Part shown: piece after piece, positions 60,305 to 64,000 of the stretch
Layout: each line of letters starts with the position of its first letter
Numbering within the stretch: the stretch's first letter is position 1
NCBI GenBank assembly: GCA_965198025.1
Contig: OZ240237.1
Location: forward strand, 921,038-985,037
DNA length: 64,000 nucleotides
Source: Terriglobia bacterium
GTDB lineage: Bacteria > Acidobacteriota > Terriglobia > 2-12-FULL-54-10
Reading direction: 5' to 3'
Program-made: the position numbers and the translations under genes
Notes under the pieces: model-generated
Database searches by the model: none
What the model was told of the DNA's origin: nothing
What the model saw: only the letters and a program-made list of their open reading frames with translations

Positions 60305-60884
60305 GTAGCGCGAGGCCGGTGATGATTAGGAGCGTGGCTAGGGCGGAGAACCCGGAGGCGCGCAACGGGGTTCCTTCCGGCACTTCGGTCAGCATGTTAA
60401 AGATGAGCGGCATGATCGTCACCGGAATCAGCATGATGACGGTCCCCGCCACTCCCGGAGTCAGGATTCGGCGGAAGAGCGAGAGGCGCGAGGCCAGTCC
60501 GAACTGGAAAAGCGAAGAGACGAGAACCAGCGTGGCCAGCATCGCCGGCCCGCCCTCGGCGATGGCCGTTATGCAGACCGCAATGAACGCCCCCGAGGTC
60601 CCCATCAACAGAACGTAGCCCGCGCCGATGCGGCCGAACCTCACGGCCTGGGTCAACGTGCTGATCCCGCTGACCGCCACAGAGGCGAACACGGCCCAGG
60701 ACAAGAAGGCCTCGGTCCCCCCAGCGGCCCGAATCACAATCGCCGGAGTCAGTATGATGCCGGCGACGCAGAGGATGGCCAGTTGCAGTCCGAGACCCAG
60801 GGACAGCAATATCGGTGGCTTCTCGTCGGGTTCGTAACGCACTCCGGCATTCTGGCTGGTGTCTTGAGCAACCAAATACGACAC
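60267..60884 (-). pseudogene. nucleobase:cation symporter-2 (NCS2) permease, N-terminal roughly 190 aa only, truncated at the MITE insertion
   Basis: TQAVRFGRIGAGYVLLMGTSGAFIAV is NCS2-like. The ORF reads into MITE sequence and terminates. No C-terminal half is found downstream. Confidence 0.6.
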
Positions 60885-60924
60885 CCCTTATTAACTTCAT
60901 CCCATTGAGTCGGAACGACCGGCC

Positions 60925-62277
60925 CTACTCCGCGCCCGAGCCGGGCCGCGGGCGGATCCAGAGATAGAGTGAGGCGACTCCCAGCAACAGGACACCGGCA
61001 ATCGTTGGCGCGCGCCAGTCCCCGGCCCCGACCCGGGCTGCGAACATCACGAAACAGACGACGGAGCCGACCGCGGGTACGGCGATCGGCAGCTCGAACG
61101 CCCCCTGAGGTTCACCCGGACGCAACTTCAGAATGACAAGCGCACTGTTGATCACCGAAAAGACTAGCAGCAGCAACAACACCGTGGCCGAGGCCAGTTG
61201 AGAAATGTCGCCCGACAGGATCAAGAGCACGATCACCACGAAGATCAGCCCAATGGCAACATGGGGCGTGCGCCGCTGCGGGTGAATGATCGACAGCGCG
61301 CGCGGCAGGTGCTTGTCGCGCGCCATGCCGTATAGGAGACGAGAGGCCGTAACGTAGTTGATGAGCCCGGTATTGGCCACCGCGAAAATGGTAATCCCGA
61401 TGAATATCCAAGCCGGGAACCAGGGGGCGGCGCGCTCCATGACTTCGGCCAGCGGTGCATTGGACTCGGCCAATTCCTGCCACGGCACGACCGAGACAGC
61501 GCTGATCGCCACGCTCATGTAAATGATGACGGTCAGGACCAGCGCCATCACTAGGCCGAACGGCAGGTCGCGCCGCGGATTCTTCAATTCCTCGGCAACG
61601 TTGATCGAGTCCTCGAATCCGAGGAAGGAATAGAAGGTGAGCACGACTCCCTGCACCAGAAGTACAAGGGGAAGGCCGGATTCGGTTTCCGCAGCCGTCG
61701 GGAACTCCATCAGATTCGTCGTACCCCAGAAACGCAGCCCGACTGCGATCACGAGCAGCAATCCTCCCGCTTCCACCAGAGTAAAGGCGACATTAGCCCA
61801 CATCGATTCGCGGATACCCCGGTAGACCAAAGCTCCCACGAAGACAAGATAGATGAACGCTAACGTGCTGGTGGGCAGGCCTTCGAAAAAGGGCAGGGCT
61901 TGCAGATTCTCCCCCACCACGCGTGCGCCGGCTGCGATCGAAGTGAAGCCCGAGCACGCCACGGTGAGGCCGACGACATGGGTCAGCAGGCTGCGTCGAT
62001 AGGCGCGCTGGGTGATGTAGGCGGCGCCGCCCGCTCGGGGGTAGCGTGACCCGAGAGAGGCGTAGGACAACCCCGTCAGCCCCGCCGCAACCAGCGATAG
62101 CGCGAAGGCCAACCAGATCGCGGAACCCATCTGTGCGGCGACTTGGCCGATCAGGCCATAGATGCCGGCGCCCAGCATGCTGCCGGCACCGTAGAGCGTC
62201 ATCTGCCACAATCCGATGCTGCGCTGGAGCGTCGGTTCACTGCTGGCCGCATCCGACGGCATGCTAAGCTGTTCCAC
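60925..62277 (-). CDS. APC superfamily amino acid permease
   Basis: 450 aa, 12-TM. Confidence 0.8.
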   Translation of the reverse strand: MEQLSMPSDAASSEPTLQRSIGLWQMTLYGAGSMLGAGIYGLIGQVAAQMGSAIWLAFALSLVAAGLTGLSYASLGSRYPRAGGAAYITQRAYRRSLLTHVVGLTVACSGFTSIAAGARVVGENLQALPFFEGLPTSTLAFIYLVFVGALVYRGIRESMWANVAFTLVEAGGLLLVIAVGLRFWGTTNLMEFPTAAETESGLPLVLLVQGVVLTFYSFLGFEDSINVAEELKNPRRDLPFGLVMALVLTVIIYMSVAISAVSVVPWQELAESNAPLAEVMERAAPWFPAWIFIGITIFAVANTGLINYVTASRLLYGMARDKHLPRALSIIHPQRRTPHVAIGLIFVVIVLLILSGDISQLASATVLLLLLVFSVINSALVILKLRPGEPQGAFELPIAVPAVGSVVCFVMFAARVGAGDWRAPTIAGVLLLGVASLYLWIRPRPGSGAE

Positions 62278-62394
62278 GGGCTTTCTCCTCTTCTGGGCGG
62301 CAATTCCGGTTCCACTGCCGCGCGCACTTGGCCACGGACCGTCTAGTCACGGCCCGTCTACGTTTCGAAGTTCCACAGTACAAATCCCATGCGT

Positions 62395-62571
62395 TCATCC
62401 ACACACCCTCGATGTCGTTCGCATGAGCCGACACGAATCTGCGGTGAAATCAGCGGAATGATCGCTGGCCACGATGAAGCGGAGCGCACAGGCATCCTCG
62501 GAGGCCAAGGCCGGGGAGACGAGGATGATGGAGACTAGGGGAATCAGAATCGAAAGAACATAGGGTCTCAT
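62395..62571 (-). CDS. possible small secreted Cys-containing peptide (58 aa)
   Basis: MRPYVLSILIPLVSIILVSPALA signal, then a Cys-containing tail. Below the ORF-track size cutoff; weak. Confidence 0.25.
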   Translation of the reverse strand: MRPYVLSILIPLVSIILVSPALASEDACALRFIVASDHSADFTADSCRLMRTTSRVCG

Positions 62572-62742
62572 GACGCGAATAGTCTAGCCAACCGTGTAGG
62601 AGCCTTGCAACCGTTTAGCTTCCGTGCAGTTCAGATAAAGCGGCCCGGGAGATCCTCCAGTTCTCTGCAAAGGTCTGAACCGGCATAGTTGCTTGATTCT
62701 GATCCGAAATCCAGTTCATCGTGGCTACAGCGTCGGACTCTA

Positions 62743-62910
62743 GACCATTTTCAGCATTGCTGTATAGCCCGCAGGTAGGACAGGCATTCCCCTCGACTTC
62801 GCTCGGGACAGGCCTGCCTGCCCTGAAGAGGAAATGCCTGGAGGCTTGTCGCTACTTTGCGGCTGCGCTACACCCACCCGGAAAATGGTCGAATCTATCC
62901 ATATACCCCA
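62743..62910. repeat. MITE-like element copy F (TIRs GACCATTTTCAG...CGGAAAATGGTC)
   Basis: gaccattttcagcattgctgtatagcccgcaggtaggacaggcattcc...gctactttgcggctgcgctacacccacccggaaaatggtc. Confidence 0.7.
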
Positions 62911-62926
62911 TAAAACTGTACGGAAA

Positions 62927-62980
62927 TGCTCTGTCGAGAGAACCGAAGGAACCGAAAGAACCGAAAACGGGTGTCGCAAG
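62927..62980. repeat. CCGAARGAA 9-bp tandem repeat module (copy 3)
   Basis: ctgtcgagagaaccgaaggaaccgaaagaaccgaaaacgggtg. Confidence 0.5.
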
Positions 62981-63156
62981 TTACCGTTGCGCCTGCCACG
63001 GCTCCGGCGTACGAAATCGCTGGCGACGCCCGAGGGTAATGAAGTTCCGCTAGTCTAGGAGGCGGCTGGAGGTGACATGGACAGTGGTGCCGCCGACCGA
63101 CTGCAAGATACCGAACCCACCGCTGAAGTTGTGGACAGCAGTCCCGGCCGTTGGCA

Positions 63157-64000
63157 CTACTCCACGATTCCGGACAGCCGAGCAAGCTGCACGGCCGAGA
63201 GCACAGCAATCACCAGAACCACAAGCACGCCCAGCACGTTTGTCAGGCGGGAGTTGCAGAAGCGGCCCATGATCTCGGTTCGGTTCGCAATTACCAGCAG
63301 TAGCACGACTACGACAGGCAGGAAAAGGGCGTTGACTGCCTGCGCCAGAACAATCACCCGGTAGGGCGAGCCGTCGAACAATGCGCCGAACAGCACGCCG
63401 GTGACTAGCACGAAACCGCCGAGCAGACGGAGGCGCGCGCTCCGCAGGTCAGGCGGCCAGCCGAACGCACCGGAGACGGCATAAGCAGCCGACAGTGGGG
63501 CGGTGATCGACGAGGTCAGCCCGGCGGCGAACAGCCCGGCGGCGAACAGCACCGGTGCCGCCGGACCGAGGAGCGGCTCAAGCTGCTGGCCGACAGTGGC
63601 AGCACTCCCCTCGCCTCCCAGACCCTGGAGGGGTATGGCGGTGACCAGCACCGACGCGGTTACGAGTCCACCGAGCGTTACCGAGCAGATGGTGTCGAGC
63701 CGTGCCTCTCGTACATTCGCGTCGTTGCGCGCGGCTTCCGGCCACTGCTCCAGCGCTGTGCTCGCGTGCAGAAACAGATTATAGGGCACAATCGTGGTGC
63801 CGATCAGCGCCAGGACGATCAGCAGCGAGCCGGTTGGCACGCGCGGCACGAGCGCTCCCCCCACCAATTCGTTGAGGTTCGGGGCTGTCATGACGGCAAC
63901 GATGCAGAACAAGGCGCTCATCAGTACGACCAGAGAGACCAGGACGTTCTGAATCGTTCGGTATCTGCCGGTCAGCAGCAGACCTCCGGCAAATGCACCC
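63157..64000 (-). CDS. mntH: Nramp family divalent metal (Mn2+/Fe2+) transporter, C-terminal part (gene continues past the window end)
   Basis: LVGGALVPRVPTGSLLIVLALIGTTIVPYNLFLHAS and multi-TM. Confidence 0.8.
   Translation of the reverse strand, partial: GAFAGGLLLTGRYRTIQNVLVSLVVLMSALFCIVAVMTAPNLNELVGGALVPRVPTGSLLIVLALIGTTIVPYNLFLHASTALEQWPEAARNDANVREARLDTICSVTLGGLVTASVLVTAIPLQGLGGEGSAATVGQQLEPLLGPAAPVLFAAGLFAAGLTSSITAPLSAAYAVSGAFGWPPDLRSARLRLLGGFVLVTGVLFGALFDGSPYRVIVLAQAVNALFLPVVVVLLLVIANRTEIMGRFCNSRLTNVLGVLVVLVIAVLSAVQLARLSGIVE

Noticed and set aside
14850-62910. Treating the GACCATTTTCAG-type repeats as a CRISPR array
   Set aside because: Copies are kilobases apart, have terminal inverted repeats and internal hairpins, vary in length, and have no regular spacers. 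This is MITE/REP behaviour, not CRISPR.

Overview
A 64 kb high-GC (about 60%) bacterial chromosomal segment. Gene content resembles soil Acidobacteria-type genomes (CarboxypepD_reg-type TonB-dependent receptors, ChaN-PDZ, DUF5916). Three parts. (1) 1-13.7 kb is a decayed accessory/mobile region: a partial conjugative T4SS (trbD-trbC), a frameshifted IS21 istA abutting an IS3 remnant, an orphan B12-binding radical SAM gene, amidohydrolase and TonB-receptor pseudogenes, a tRNA-Asp 3' fragment flanked by three direct repeats next to a truncated integrase, and IS6 and IS1380-like remnants. (2) 13.9-40 kb is mostly housekeeping (gdhA, ansB, sorAB, SSS transporter, tRNA-Gln, chorismate mutase/tyrA). 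It also holds an IS5-family element with a programmed frameshift, a mazE-like antitoxin beside a decayed mazF-like toxin, a RAYT (IS200-like) pseudogene, and a dispersed MITE/REP-like repeat family with at least 4 copies. One copy truncates a nucleobase permease gene. (3) 41-52 kb is a UbiD/UbiX-centred aromatic-acid CoA cluster. It contains a PaaA-like oxygenase, TetR, UbiD, a MetE-like methyltransferase, a benzoate-CoA ligase, an archaeal-type RibK, UbiX, GntR, an acyl-CoA synthetase and a family III CoA-transferase. It is followed by a conserved frr-pyrH-tsf-rpsB / rpsI-rplM block, a TonB receptor, permeases and a partial mntH. No CRISPR array or rRNA is present. Two frameshifts in terC both fall in homopolymer runs, which suggests the assembly carries indel errors. 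Pseudogene calls based only on frameshifts should therefore be treated cautiously; the in-frame stop codons are a separate signal.
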